Shown one piece after another: positions 17,434 to 26,447 of a stretch of 44,773 nt of DNA. This stretch comes from Streptosporangiaceae bacterium (GTDB lineage Bacteria > Actinomycetota > Actinomycetes > Streptosporangiales > Streptosporangiaceae): contig DATGVY010000398.1 in assembly GCA_035299845.1 (NCBI GenBank), positions 1 through 44,773 on the forward strand, written 5' to 3'. The translations under genes were made by a program, and so were the position numbers. The notes below the pieces were generated by a model. It had not been told where the DNA came from, did not search any database, and worked only from the letters and a program-made list of their open reading frames with translations. Position 1 is the first letter of the stretch. The number at the start of each line of letters is the position of its first letter.

Positions 17434-18543
17434 ATGACCCTGCACTGGCGGCTACCCGCCCGGCGGCTGGCGGCATGCTGTGCCGTCCTTGCCGCCGGGG
17501 CAGCACTCACCTCGTGCGCTGGCGGCAATAGCGCCGGCGGCAGTAGCGCTAGCGGCAATAGCGCCGACGGCACCGCAGGCAGCAGGATCAAGACGGCCGG
17601 TATCGTGCAATTCGCACTGCCCCCCGCAGGCCAGGGCTGCACCGGCGCCAGGCGGCTGGCCGGCGGCGGGACCAGAATCGGCGTCACCGTCAGCACCCGG
17701 CAGTCCCAGGTCGCGGCGATAGCCAACGTCTGCATCGACGGGAAGGGCCCGTTCCCGTTCGTTATCGACACCGGCGCGCAGGGATCAGTCCTGACGGCCG
17801 CACTTGCCCGCAAGCTCAGGCTGCCCGGGATCGGGCCGCCGGTGCTCATCGGCGGCGCGGGATGCTCGGCCAAGGCTCAGCTGGCCAGGATCGCTAGCTG
17901 GAACGTGGCTGGCCTGACGTTGCGGCCGCAGTACGTCACCGAGCTGCGGATCCCGCTCTTCGGCGGGCGCGGCCAGCCAGATGGCCTGCTCGGATCGGAT
18001 GTCTGGAGCCGGTTCGGCGCGATGCGCCTCGATTTCGCCCGCGGCAGCCTCACCGTCCCCGGGCCGGAGCAGCCCGGGCCCGCTCGCAAGACCACCATCT
18101 CGCAGCCGTCGGCCGCGCCGGTTCCCGCCGCCCTGCTGCACGGCAGGCCCACGATCATCGTGCCGATGAAGGTCACGAGCCAGCCCGGCAGTACCGCGAT
18201 CTCTGTCGAAATCAGATTTGGTACCCGGTCTCCGCTGAATTTCACGCCCGACACTGGCGCATCGCAGTCGGCTGTGGACCCGGGCGTGGCCCGGCGCAGC
18301 GCCCTGGCCAGCGCGCATGCCAGGGTCCGGCAGGGCACCGTCTGCACTATCGGGACGTTCCCTGAGGTCAAAACGGGGCCGTGGTCGGCCGCCGGGCACC
18401 CGCTCCACCCGCAGGTTGCCGGGGTCATCGGGCTCGAGCGCACGACCGGCACCGCCGGCCTGCTCGGAGCCGATCAGATGAGCAGGTTCGGATCGGTGGT
18501 CTTTGACTACGCCGGCGGGCGGCTCATCCTCGGTGCTGGCTGA
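17434..18543 (+). CDS. Two-domain retropepsin-like aspartic protease, lipoprotein
   Basis: The signal ends in LTSCAG. There are two D-T-G-A motifs (FVIDTGAQGS at nt 17767-17778 and FTPDTGASQS at nt 18250-18261), each inside a domain of about 120 aa. Confidence 0.75.
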   Translation: MTLHWRLPARRLAACCAVLAAGAALTSCAGGNSAGGSSASGNSADGTAGSRIKTAGIVQFALPPAGQGCTGARRLAGGGTRIGVTVSTRQSQVAAIANVCIDGKGPFPFVIDTGAQGSVLTAALARKLRLPGIGPPVLIGGAGCSAKAQLARIASWNVAGLTLRPQYVTELRIPLFGGRGQPDGLLGSDVWSRFGAMRLDFARGSLTVPGPEQPGPARKTTISQPSAAPVPAALLHGRPTIIVPMKVTSQPGSTAISVEIRFGTRSPLNFTPDTGASQSAVDPGVARRSALASAHARVRQGTVCTIGTFPEVKTGPWSAAGHPLHPQVAGVIGLERTTGTAGLLGADQMSRFGSVVFDYAGGRLILGAG

Positions 18544-18577
18544 CGGCGCTGGCCGCCCCCCTGCGACACTGGGCGCC

Positions 18578-19564
18578 ATGAGCGACGCCACGGGTGCCCG
18601 GTGGGGCATCACCGTTCCCTTTGACGCTCCTTTGCATGATCACCGCCGCTGGTTCGAGCTGCTGGAGGAACTCGGCTACACCGATGCCTGGTCCGGCGAG
18701 GCGGACGGCCTCGACGGCTTCTCGTCGCTGCTGCTCGCGGCCGCATGGACGTCCTCGCTCCGGGTGGGCCCGGCCGTCATCCCGGCCTACACCCGGGGCC
18801 CCGCGCTGATCGCCCAGAGCGCCGCGGCGCTGGCCGAGGCGGCGCCCGGCCGGTCCGCGCTCGGCATCGGCACGTCATCCGACGTCATCGTCGAGGCGTG
18901 GAACGGCATCCCGTTCACCGACCCGTACCACCGGGTCAGGGACACCCTGCGGTTCCTCAGGGACGCCCTGGCCGGCCAGCGGGTCGACCGGGACTACGGC
19001 ACGTTCGCCGTGCACGGCTTCCGGCTCGCCCGGCCGGTGCCCGACCCGCCGCCGCTCTACCTTGCCGCCCTCCGGTCGGGCATGCTGCGCCTGGCCGGGC
19101 GCGAGGCGGACGGAGTGATCGTGAACTGGCTCGCCGCGGACGACGTCCCGACCGTGGTCGCCGAGATGCGGGCCGGCGCGGGCGCGCAGGCATGCCAGCG
19201 GACCGTCGCCGCCCGGGTTTTCGTCTGCCCGAGCGAGGACGCCGCCGCTGTCCGCGCGGTCGGCCGCCGGGCGATCGCCGCGTACCTGAACGTGACGGTT
19301 TACGCGGAGTTCCACCGCTGGCTCGGGCGGGCGCCGGTGCTCCAGGGCATGTGGGACGCCTGGCGGGCAGGCGACCGCAAGGCCGCACTGGACGCGATCC
19401 CCGATGAGCTGGTCGACCAGCTCATCGTGCACGGCCCTGCGCAGGCCTGCCGCGAGCACATCCGCCGCTACGTGCGCGCGGGCGTCGATGTGCCCATCAT
19501 CGCCCTGATCGGCCCCTACGGCGACCTTTCCGCCGCGATCCGCGGGCTGGCGCCCGGGCAATGA
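18578..19564 (+). CDS. Luciferase-like monooxygenase (LLM) class flavin/F420-dependent oxidoreductase
   Basis: WGITVPF..., GYTDAWSGE, LGIGTSSDVIVEAWNGIPF and LAGREADGVIVNW are characteristic of the LLM TIM-barrel family. The start is set at MSDATGARW. Confidence 0.8.
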   Translation: MSDATGARWGITVPFDAPLHDHRRWFELLEELGYTDAWSGEADGLDGFSSLLLAAAWTSSLRVGPAVIPAYTRGPALIAQSAAALAEAAPGRSALGIGTSSDVIVEAWNGIPFTDPYHRVRDTLRFLRDALAGQRVDRDYGTFAVHGFRLARPVPDPPPLYLAALRSGMLRLAGREADGVIVNWLAADDVPTVVAEMRAGAGAQACQRTVAARVFVCPSEDAAAVRAVGRRAIAAYLNVTVYAEFHRWLGRAPVLQGMWDAWRAGDRKAALDAIPDELVDQLIVHGPAQACREHIRRYVRAGVDVPIIALIGPYGDLSAAIRGLAPGQ

Positions 19565-19872
19565 CCGGACGCTGCGGCCGCTGGTTCAGCCGCCCCCGGG
19601 CAGGCTCGCGCGGCGCGGGCATTGCAGCCGCCGACCTGGGGCGGATCTTCGGCCGGTTCTCCCGGATCGACGCGGGCCGCAGCCGGGAGGTCGGCGGGTT
19701 CGGCCTCGGCCTGGCCGTGGTGAAGGCGATCGCGGAGGCCCACCACGGTTCCGTGCAGGTCCGCAGCACGCCGGGCAGGGGCTCGGTGTTCGAGCTGCAG
19801 CTGTCCCCGACCACGACGACGGCGGCGGCCGTGTCGAGGGTGCCAGCGGACCGGCGGCCGGTGCCGAGGTAG
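19561..19872 (+). pseudogene. C-terminal fragment of a sensor histidine kinase (HATPase_c G1-G2 region only)
   Basis: GAGIAAADLGRIFGRFSRIDAGRSREVGGFGLGLAVVKAIAEAHHGSVQVRSTPGRGSVFELQL matches the last ~65 aa of an OmpR-partner kinase. No DHp domain, N-box or TM region is present. The start overlaps the LLM stop (ATGA). Confidence 0.65.
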
Positions 19873-19878
19873 CCGCGG

Positions 19879-20100
19879 TCACGGGCAGCTGGTCTGGGAG
19901 ACGGAGACATCGTCGAAGTCGATGTCGTAGGTCCGTGCGGTGGACGTGTCTCCCAGCTGCAGGCCGGTGATGAGGCTGGTCCCATGTCTGGCCAGTGAGG
20001 CCCAGGTCGAAACGGGTGCCCGTCGAGGGACACGTCGAAGCTGCTGGCGGCCCGGCCGGCCAGGCCATGGGTCCCTGCGGTTTGCCGATACACTTCCGCC
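19879..20100 (-). pseudogene. Frameshifted C-terminal remnant of an unidentified protein
   Basis: One frame ends GTSLITGLQLGDTSTARTYDIDFDDVSVSQTSCP-stop, which reads like a beta-sandwich C-terminus. The upstream continuation (FDVSLDG...) is in other frames. There is no intact ORF. Confidence 0.3.
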
Positions 20101-21105
20101 ATGCGCATGCGCGCAGGACTTGTTACCGCCGCGCTGCTAACGGCGGGACTCGCGATTTCGGTAATCGTGTTCGCGCTTCACGGTCACGGCGGACGGCCGC
20201 CGGCGTGCATCACCGACCGCCAGCAGCTACAGCCGGCGGCGGCCGCATCGCGCACCGCGGAGGCGGCAATCATCGCCCGGCGACGGCCGCCGCGCCTCTC
20301 CCACGTCGTGCTGATCGTGATGGAGAACCGCGAGTGCGGCCAGATCATCGGCAGCCCTGACGCTCCCTACCTGACCGCGCTGGCTCACCGCTACGCCCAG
20401 CCGCGCGCCTTCTACGGCACCACGCATCCGTCGCTGCCCAACTACCTCGCGCTTACCTCAGGCGCGACGTTTGGCTTCACCGACTCATGCTCAGGCTGCT
20501 CGGTGCGAGCCAGCAATTTGGTGGACGAACTCGAAGCGGCCGGTATCTCCTGGAAGGCATACATGGAGGGAGCGCCCAGCCCATGCTTTCAGGGTCGGCG
20601 CGCCGGGCTGTACCGTCGCCGTCACGACCCGTTCATGTTCTATGACGACATTGCCCACAACCCGGCGCGCTGCGCCAAGGTTGTGCCACTAAGCCAACTC
20701 GCGATTGACGAAGCCCGCCACGCGCTGCCCCGGTTCGCCTGGATCAGCCCCAACTTGTGCCACGACATGCACGACTGCGCCACCCGGGTCGGTGACACCT
20801 TCCTGTCCCGGTTAGTCCCGCCGCTGCTGCGGGCGGTAGGCCAGCGGGGGGTGGTTATCATCACCTGGGACGAGGGCGGGACCAAGCGGGGCTGCTGCTC
20901 GAAGGCCCGCGGGGGAAACATCCCGACGATCCTGGCCGGGCCGTCCGTCCGCCCCGGCCTGCGGTCTACGCTGCCCTACGACGCATACTCGATCCTGCGC
21001 ACGATCGAGGACAGCTGGGGCCTGCCGCGCCTGGGCGGCGCAGCCTGCCGCTGCACGCCGCCGCTGACGGCGCTATTCCGCACGTCGCTCACCCGCCCGT
21101 CCTAG
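20101..21105 (+). CDS. Phosphoesterase family protein (PLC / acid-phosphatase AcpA-like), N-terminal membrane anchor or signal
   Basis: After an N-terminal hydrophobic segment come HVVLIVMENR, THPSLPNYLALTSG, SWKAYME, RHDPFMFY, SPNLCHDMHD and IITWDEGG. These are the ordered motifs of the phosphoesterase (PF04185-like) family. Confidence 0.8.
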   Translation: MRMRAGLVTAALLTAGLAISVIVFALHGHGGRPPACITDRQQLQPAAAASRTAEAAIIARRRPPRLSHVVLIVMENRECGQIIGSPDAPYLTALAHRYAQPRAFYGTTHPSLPNYLALTSGATFGFTDSCSGCSVRASNLVDELEAAGISWKAYMEGAPSPCFQGRRAGLYRRRHDPFMFYDDIAHNPARCAKVVPLSQLAIDEARHALPRFAWISPNLCHDMHDCATRVGDTFLSRLVPPLLRAVGQRGVVIITWDEGGTKRGCCSKARGGNIPTILAGPSVRPGLRSTLPYDAYSILRTIEDSWGLPRLGGAACRCTPPLTALFRTSLTRPS

Positions 21106-21414
21106 CTCCTGCTATCGCGGACTTCGCCGCTGGACTCAGCAAGCTCGTGATCCGCTGCGCGGCCCTGCTGCCGTTCCCGCATCGGGCCGCCGGGGTGCAT
21201 CGCGAGCCCGCTGGGAGCGATGAATCCCTCAGGCATCTCGCCGCCTGCCTACCTTGCCATCACACCTCGTGAAGCGCGTGCCCACGGGGATGCAGCAAGG
21301 ACTGTTCGGTATCCAGTGCGTCAAATGACTGGCCACGAGGTACGTCGTTGATCGTAGGTCTGCCCAGTCATGTGTAGATGGCAGGCGGTCCGGCCTTGCG
21401 CCCACTATGGCGAG

Positions 21415-22290
21415 ATGAAGGAGGACCAGCGGCCAGCTAGACGGGCATTGCCATCTCCGGTGCGGACTTTGGAAGCGCCTGGCGGCGCTGCGCGCTCTGT
21501 GGTGCCACTGCCGCAGGATCACTACGTAGTGACCTCCTCCGGGTGGCGAGGCCGCATCTCCGTGGTCATCCCGGCGTACAACGAGGCTAACAATCTGCGG
21601 TGGCTCCTGCCACAACTCGCCAACGTCGACGAGGTAATCGTCGTTGACGGCGAATCGACTGACGGAACCAGTAACGTCGTACGGGAACTGTGCCCGCACG
21701 CGACGCTCATCCGGCAGCGGCGGCAGGGTAAGGGTGCGGCACTGCGGGCCGGGTTCGCCGCCGCCGTGGGTGACGTCATCGTAATGCTCGACGCCGACGG
21801 AAGCATGGATCCGCTAGAGATCGATACCTTCGTCGCACTGATCGCCCGCGGATTCGATGTCGTGAAGGGGTCGCGCCACTCGTGCGGGGGCGGGTCGGAG
21901 GACCTGACCTTCATCCGCCGGGTAGGTAACCGGCTGTTCGTCCGGCTCGCCAATCTGCTGTACAGGAGCAGCTGGAGCGATCTGTGCTACGGCTACATCG
22001 CTATGCGCCGGTCGGCACTGGACCGGCTGTGCCTGCACTCCGACGGGTTCGAGATCGAGACCGAGATTTGCGTGCACGCGGTGACCGCAGACCTTGCCGT
22101 GGCTGAGGTGCCGAGCTATGAGCTCAACCGCCGCTCGGGAGTGTCCAACCTGCACCCGCTCAGGGACGGGTGGCGCGTGCTGAAGGTACTGCTTCGCAAC
22201 CGGCTGCGTCGGCGCACCGAAGTCGCCCGATGGGCCAGGGTCGGCCAGATTCCGGTTGAGCATGCGGGGCTTGAGCCCGCAGACGGGTGA
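21415..22290 (+). CDS. GT2 glycosyltransferase, Dpm1/GtrB-like (polyprenyl-phosphate sugar synthase type)
   Basis: ISVVIPAYNEANNL, VIVVDGESTDGT, GKGAALRAGF and MLDADGS (DxD) are present. The start could instead be ATG 21370. Confidence 0.85.
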   Translation: MKEDQRPARRALPSPVRTLEAPGGAARSVVPLPQDHYVVTSSGWRGRISVVIPAYNEANNLRWLLPQLANVDEVIVVDGESTDGTSNVVRELCPHATLIRQRRQGKGAALRAGFAAAVGDVIVMLDADGSMDPLEIDTFVALIARGFDVVKGSRHSCGGGSEDLTFIRRVGNRLFVRLANLLYRSSWSDLCYGYIAMRRSALDRLCLHSDGFEIETEICVHAVTADLAVAEVPSYELNRRSGVSNLHPLRDGWRVLKVLLRNRLRRRTEVARWARVGQIPVEHAGLEPADG

Positions 22291-23312
22291 TGGGTGTGTC
22301 CGCTGAGGTCGCGGCCGACTATCTGTCGGTGGTCGTCTGCACATATGACGAGGGACGCCGCCCGCTGCTGGAGCGCGCGCTCGAGGCACTGAAGCATCAG
22401 GAGCAGCCGCCCGCCGCGGTCATCGTCGTCGTCGACCACAATCCGAGGCTTCTCGGCGCGCTGCAGGCAGACCACCCCCAGCTCGCTGTCGTGCCCAACG
22501 ACATGAACCGCGGATTGTCGGGGGCGCGCAACTGCGGCCTCGCGCTAACGGCTACGCCCGTCGTCGCCTTCCTCGACGACGACGCGGTTCCGCAGCTGGA
22601 CTGGGTTGCCCGCCTTGCGCAGGCGTACGGAGCGGCCGACGGGCAACACATCCTCGGGGTGGGTGGTGCGATCGTCCCTTACTGGGCACAAGGGAGGCCT
22701 TCGTGGTTCCCGGCCGAGTTCGACTGGGTTGTGGGCTGCACCTACAAGGGTGCCAGGACCGACCCGGGGCCAGTGCGCAACATGCTCGGCGCGAACATGT
22801 CCTTCCGGACCGCAGAGCTGCGCCGGATCGGCGGATTCCGCGAAGGTATCGGGCGGATCGGCGCAGTGCCGCTCGGCTGTGAGGAGACCGAGGCATGCAT
22901 ACGCATGGCTCGTGAGTTCCCGGGCGGCCAGATCCGGTTCGAGCCCACCGCACGGGTGCATCACCACGTACCAGCCGAACGAGCCGGTTGGCGTTACCTG
23001 CTGCGCCGGTGCTGGGCCGAAGGGCTTTCGAAGGCGCACGTCACCGCGCTCGCTGGACGCTCCTCCGCGCTCGCGAACGAGCGGGTGTACGCGACGCGAA
23101 CACTCCCAAGGGCAATCGCTCAGTCGTTCAGCGAATCCGTGCGCAGCATGCGTATGGCGCCACTCGGCCGGGCAGTCGCCATGGTGGTCGGCCTCACAGT
23201 GACCACCGCAGGGTTCGTGGCGGGCCGACGGAACTCTGCGCGGTCCGTGAGCTACGCCAGTATCCAGCCGCACGATCTTCAGGAGGGCCTTTGCGGGGAC
23301 AGCTATGACTAG
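22290..23312 (+). CDS. GT2 glycosyltransferase with a C-terminal membrane segment
   Basis: LSVVVCTYDE, VIVVVDHNP, RGLSGARNCG, FLDDDAV (DxD) and GANMSFR are present, plus a C-terminal hydrophobic AVAMVVGLTVTTAGFVAG. The GTGATG start region overlaps the preceding TGA. Confidence 0.85.
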   Translation: MGVSAEVAADYLSVVVCTYDEGRRPLLERALEALKHQEQPPAAVIVVVDHNPRLLGALQADHPQLAVVPNDMNRGLSGARNCGLALTATPVVAFLDDDAVPQLDWVARLAQAYGAADGQHILGVGGAIVPYWAQGRPSWFPAEFDWVVGCTYKGARTDPGPVRNMLGANMSFRTAELRRIGGFREGIGRIGAVPLGCEETEACIRMAREFPGGQIRFEPTARVHHHVPAERAGWRYLLRRCWAEGLSKAHVTALAGRSSALANERVYATRTLPRAIAQSFSESVRSMRMAPLGRAVAMVVGLTVTTAGFVAGRRNSARSVSYASIQPHDLQEGLCGDSYD

Positions 23313-24432
23313 ACGGCCGACTTTCCGGCGAACATCGCGACGTACGCTCCGGGCCACCGCCATCGTCACGGCCGTGAGTGCCCCGTTGCTGGCAGTCGGC
23401 GCCACAGTAGCCGTCTCGTCCGGGTCCGTCTCGTCCGGTGCGCCTGACATCGTCTCATGCATTGTCCGGCAGCTGCCGACACTCGGCGGTCCGTACGGCA
23501 ACGTAACTGCCGCCGCGGCGAATGGTGACATTGTCGGCATCGCTGAGGACACTGCGGGAGTCGCCCAACCGGTCCTGTGGCGGGCTGGGAAACCCCAGCG
23601 AATCCGCACGGGCCTGGCCGGCAGCGTCCCCGCCGGCCTCAACGCCCATGGAGACGTCGTGGGCAACAGCCCGAACGGGGAAAACACACTGGGCTGGGCA
23701 TGGACAGGGCACCGGACCGTACGGCTCCGGGGCACGGGTAAGCTGACCGCCCTGCCCGCTGCCATCAGCAACAGCGACATCGTCGTTGGCGCACTTGAGA
23801 CGACAGAAGGAACGCCGGCCGAGGGAGACAACAAGCCGGGGACGTCAGAAAACGAGCAGGCGGCCGTGTGGCGGTCGCTGACCGGTCCACCGCAGATGCT
23901 CGCCCCGCTGCCTGGCGATCAGGGTGCCCACGCGTTCGCGGTCGCCGACGACGGACGGATCGGCGGTATCTCGGAAGGCCATCGTTTCCGCCCCGTCGTG
24001 TGGGACCTCGCCGGAAAACCCCACGCGCTGCCCGGACTGGGCGGCGGGTATGGCATCGTTCGCGCGTTCGGTCCAGGCGGCGTGGCGGTCGGTGACGCCG
24101 TGGCCAAGGACGGAACGGACCACGCGGTGAGGTGGGGCCCGGGCGGGCGGATCACCGATCTTGGCCTGCCGGCCGGGAGCCGCACGGCACAGGCCAGCGG
24201 CGTACTGCCTGGCGGAGTCGTCGTGGGCACGGCCCAGCTGCCCGCGCCTGGCGGCGGCGTACTCACACAGGCCGTGCGCTGGCCCGCAGCCGGGCAGCCG
24301 CAGCTGCTCGGGAGGCAGGAGGGCCCCAGGCAGGCCATGGTGGCCGGCGCCGCCTCGGCACAGACTGCGGTGGGCTATCGAACGGACGCCACGGGCGGCC
24401 GGCACCCGGTGAAGTGGCGGTGTGGGTCATGA
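23305..24432 (+). CDS. Secreted seven-repeat (beta-propeller-like, HAF-repeat-like) protein
   Basis: The N-terminus is Arg-rich (RRPTFRRTSRRTL) and followed by a hydrophobic signal. There are seven units of the form G-[DG]-[IV]-V-G...W (NGDIVGIAED..VLW, HGDVVGNSPN..WAW, NSDIVVGALE..AVW, DGRIGGISEG..VVW, GGVAVGDAVA..VRW, GGVVVGTAQL..VRW, QTAVGYRTDA..VKW). Confidence 0.7.
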   Translation: MTRRPTFRRTSRRTLRATAIVTAVSAPLLAVGATVAVSSGSVSSGAPDIVSCIVRQLPTLGGPYGNVTAAAANGDIVGIAEDTAGVAQPVLWRAGKPQRIRTGLAGSVPAGLNAHGDVVGNSPNGENTLGWAWTGHRTVRLRGTGKLTALPAAISNSDIVVGALETTEGTPAEGDNKPGTSENEQAAVWRSLTGPPQMLAPLPGDQGAHAFAVADDGRIGGISEGHRFRPVVWDLAGKPHALPGLGGGYGIVRAFGPGGVAVGDAVAKDGTDHAVRWGPGGRITDLGLPAGSRTAQASGVLPGGVVVGTAQLPAPGGGVLTQAVRWPAAGQPQLLGRQEGPRQAMVAGAASAQTAVGYRTDATGGRHPVKWRCGS

Positions 24433-26201
24433 AGCGCGTCATGATTGTGCTGACTACGGTCGCGCTCGCTTGTTCGGCCGTGGTCGCGGCGACGGTATGG
24501 CCGCACGTTCGTGCCAAGGCGGCCACCGCGTTCTCCTTCGCGGTCGCGGGCGATCTCGGGGCGAACGGCAACACCTCCGCAGTGCTCAATGCCGTGGCCT
24601 CCAGCGGGTCTCAGCTGTTCTGGCCCATGGGTGATCTCAGTTACAGCCAGGTCACCCCGGAGTCGGCGTGGTGCGATTACGTCCACGCCCGGCTCGGTGC
24701 GAGCTACCCCGTCGAACTGCTCGCCGGCAACCACGACGACAACGACGGGCCCGACGGATTCATTGGCAACTTCGCGTCGTGCCTGCCCGACCAGATCGGC
24801 GGTGTGCAGGGCACCTACGCGGAGGAGTACTACGTGGACTATCCGGCCACGGCTCCGCTCGTGCGGTTCATCATGATCTCGCCAGGCCTCGACCTGAATG
24901 CCAACGGCACCAACTGGTCGTACAAGCAGGGCACGGCCCACTACAACTGGACGGCGAACGCGATCGATAGCGCCCGGGCGGCGGGGATCCCGTGGGTCGT
25001 CGTGGGGATGCACGAGTACTGCCTGTCGCTCGTGAACCACTCCTGCTTTGTCAGCGACGACCTAATGAACCTGCTCGTCTCCAAGAAGGTCGACCTCTAC
25101 CTCCAGGCACATGACCACGCCTATTCACGGAGCAAGCAGCTCGCGCTGGGCCCCGGCTGTTCGGCGATCTCTAGCACGAGCTTTAACTCCTCCTGTGTCG
25201 CCGACGCCAATCCCGCGTCCAGCTACACTGCGGGAAACGGCACCGTGATCGCGACCGTAGGCAGTGGCGGGGTGTCGATCAACTCACAGGATCCGACGCT
25301 GGCCTGGGCACCCTACTTCCAGACCTACATGGGGTCCAACAACAATGCCACCTACGGGTTCCTCAAGGTCAACGTCTCGGACAGCCAGCTGTCGGCGCAG
25401 TTCGTCCGTGGGTCAGGCGGTAGCTACACCGACTCGTTCTCGCTGACCAAGCCCCTGGCGACGTCATCCCCCACTCCCACGGTGACACCAACTCCCACAC
25501 CAACTCCCACATCGAGTTCGACGGCAGCGCAGGCGTCCGTCCGCAGCAGCGCGACCTACGCCAGCACCGCGAGCGAGTCGTCGTCCACCGTGCCGATGCC
25601 AGCGGGATGGCAGCCCGGCGACGTCGTGTACGTCGGCTATGAGCTGACCAGCAGCACTACGTCGATTACCGTACCCCCCGGCTGGGTTGAGGCGGTACCA
25701 CAATTCCGGTCGGCCAGTTCCACCAGCTCGCTGAGCGGTGTGCTGCGGCGCGTCATGCAAGCAGGCGACCCGAACAGCCTCACCGTCAGCCACACCTCCG
25801 GCCGGTTCGCTGCCATATCAGCCGCTATCCAGGCCACTGACAACACCACTCCGGAAGACGTCGCCCCAACCGCCGATAACAACACCGGCGTCGCTTTCCC
25901 CAGCGTCGAGATCCCGTCCATCACCCCCGTGCAGCAGGACGCGCTACTGCTCACCTTCGCCGCCATCCGCAACGGCACCAACGGGTCCGTCACCACCTTC
26001 ACCCCGCCCACAGGGATGACGGGAGTGGCGCAGGTCTCCAGCGCCGTCTCCGGGACCTCCAACGCCGCCATCGAGATGAGCTACGCCGCGCTGTCCTCCA
26101 ACGCCGCGACCGGGATCATTGACGCCACCATCCAAACCTCAAGCGGCACCTCCGCCAACCCGATGGGCTCCACCATCGCGGTCCGCTCGGCGGGGGGGTA
26201 G
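24429..26201 (+). CDS. Secreted purple-acid-phosphatase-like metallophosphoesterase with a Thr/Pro linker and an unknown C-terminal domain of about 230 aa
   Basis: The start MKRVMIVLTTVALA is a signal peptide and overlaps the upstream gene by ATGA. The five PAP-type motifs occur in order: AGDLG, GDLSY, GNHDD, VGMHEY, AHDHAY. Next comes the linker TSSPTPTVTPTPTPTPTSSS, then a Ser/Thr/Ala-rich domain with no motif I recognise. Confidence 0.8.
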   Translation: MKRVMIVLTTVALACSAVVAATVWPHVRAKAATAFSFAVAGDLGANGNTSAVLNAVASSGSQLFWPMGDLSYSQVTPESAWCDYVHARLGASYPVELLAGNHDDNDGPDGFIGNFASCLPDQIGGVQGTYAEEYYVDYPATAPLVRFIMISPGLDLNANGTNWSYKQGTAHYNWTANAIDSARAAGIPWVVVGMHEYCLSLVNHSCFVSDDLMNLLVSKKVDLYLQAHDHAYSRSKQLALGPGCSAISSTSFNSSCVADANPASSYTAGNGTVIATVGSGGVSINSQDPTLAWAPYFQTYMGSNNNATYGFLKVNVSDSQLSAQFVRGSGGSYTDSFSLTKPLATSSPTPTVTPTPTPTPTSSSTAAQASVRSSATYASTASESSSTVPMPAGWQPGDVVYVGYELTSSTTSITVPPGWVEAVPQFRSASSTSSLSGVLRRVMQAGDPNSLTVSHTSGRFAAISAAIQATDNTTPEDVAPTADNNTGVAFPSVEIPSITPVQQDALLLTFAAIRNGTNGSVTTFTPPTGMTGVAQVSSAVSGTSNAAIEMSYAALSSNAATGIIDATIQTSSGTSANPMGSTIAVRSAGG

Positions 26202-26318
26202 TACGACGCTGGCAATCCGCCGCGGCCGGCCGGCCGGCCCGGCGACCCGCTGTTCGCTCAGCGGTGGCCGCGACTCGACCTGCGGCGAAGCTTCTGCATC
26301 ATTTCCCCGGAAGGCGCG

Positions 26319-26351
26319 CCCGCCTCAGCCCGTGCTCACGGGCGAGGCGGG
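26319..26351 (+). terminator. Strong GC hairpin (14-bp stem, one bulge, 4-nt loop) between the two island sub-operons
   Basis: cccgcctcAgcccgt-gctc-acgggcgaggcggg, starting 117 nt after the stop at 26201. There is no U-tract, which is common in high-GC actinobacteria. Confidence 0.5.
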
Positions 26352-26447
26352 GGCAGATCTCAGCTAAGTAGATTCCCTCGATTTGCGTAGTCCCTCTCGT
26401 ACATACGGGCGTGCCAGGTGCGTGACCCGGCCACCCATAGTGGCCCC

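Noticed and set aside
21229-21699. 156-aa minus-strand ORF upstream of and overlapping the first GT2 gene
   Set aside because: It overlaps the 5' end of a motif-supported GT2 gene, has no recognisable motifs and shows poor GC3 bias in its non-overlapping part.
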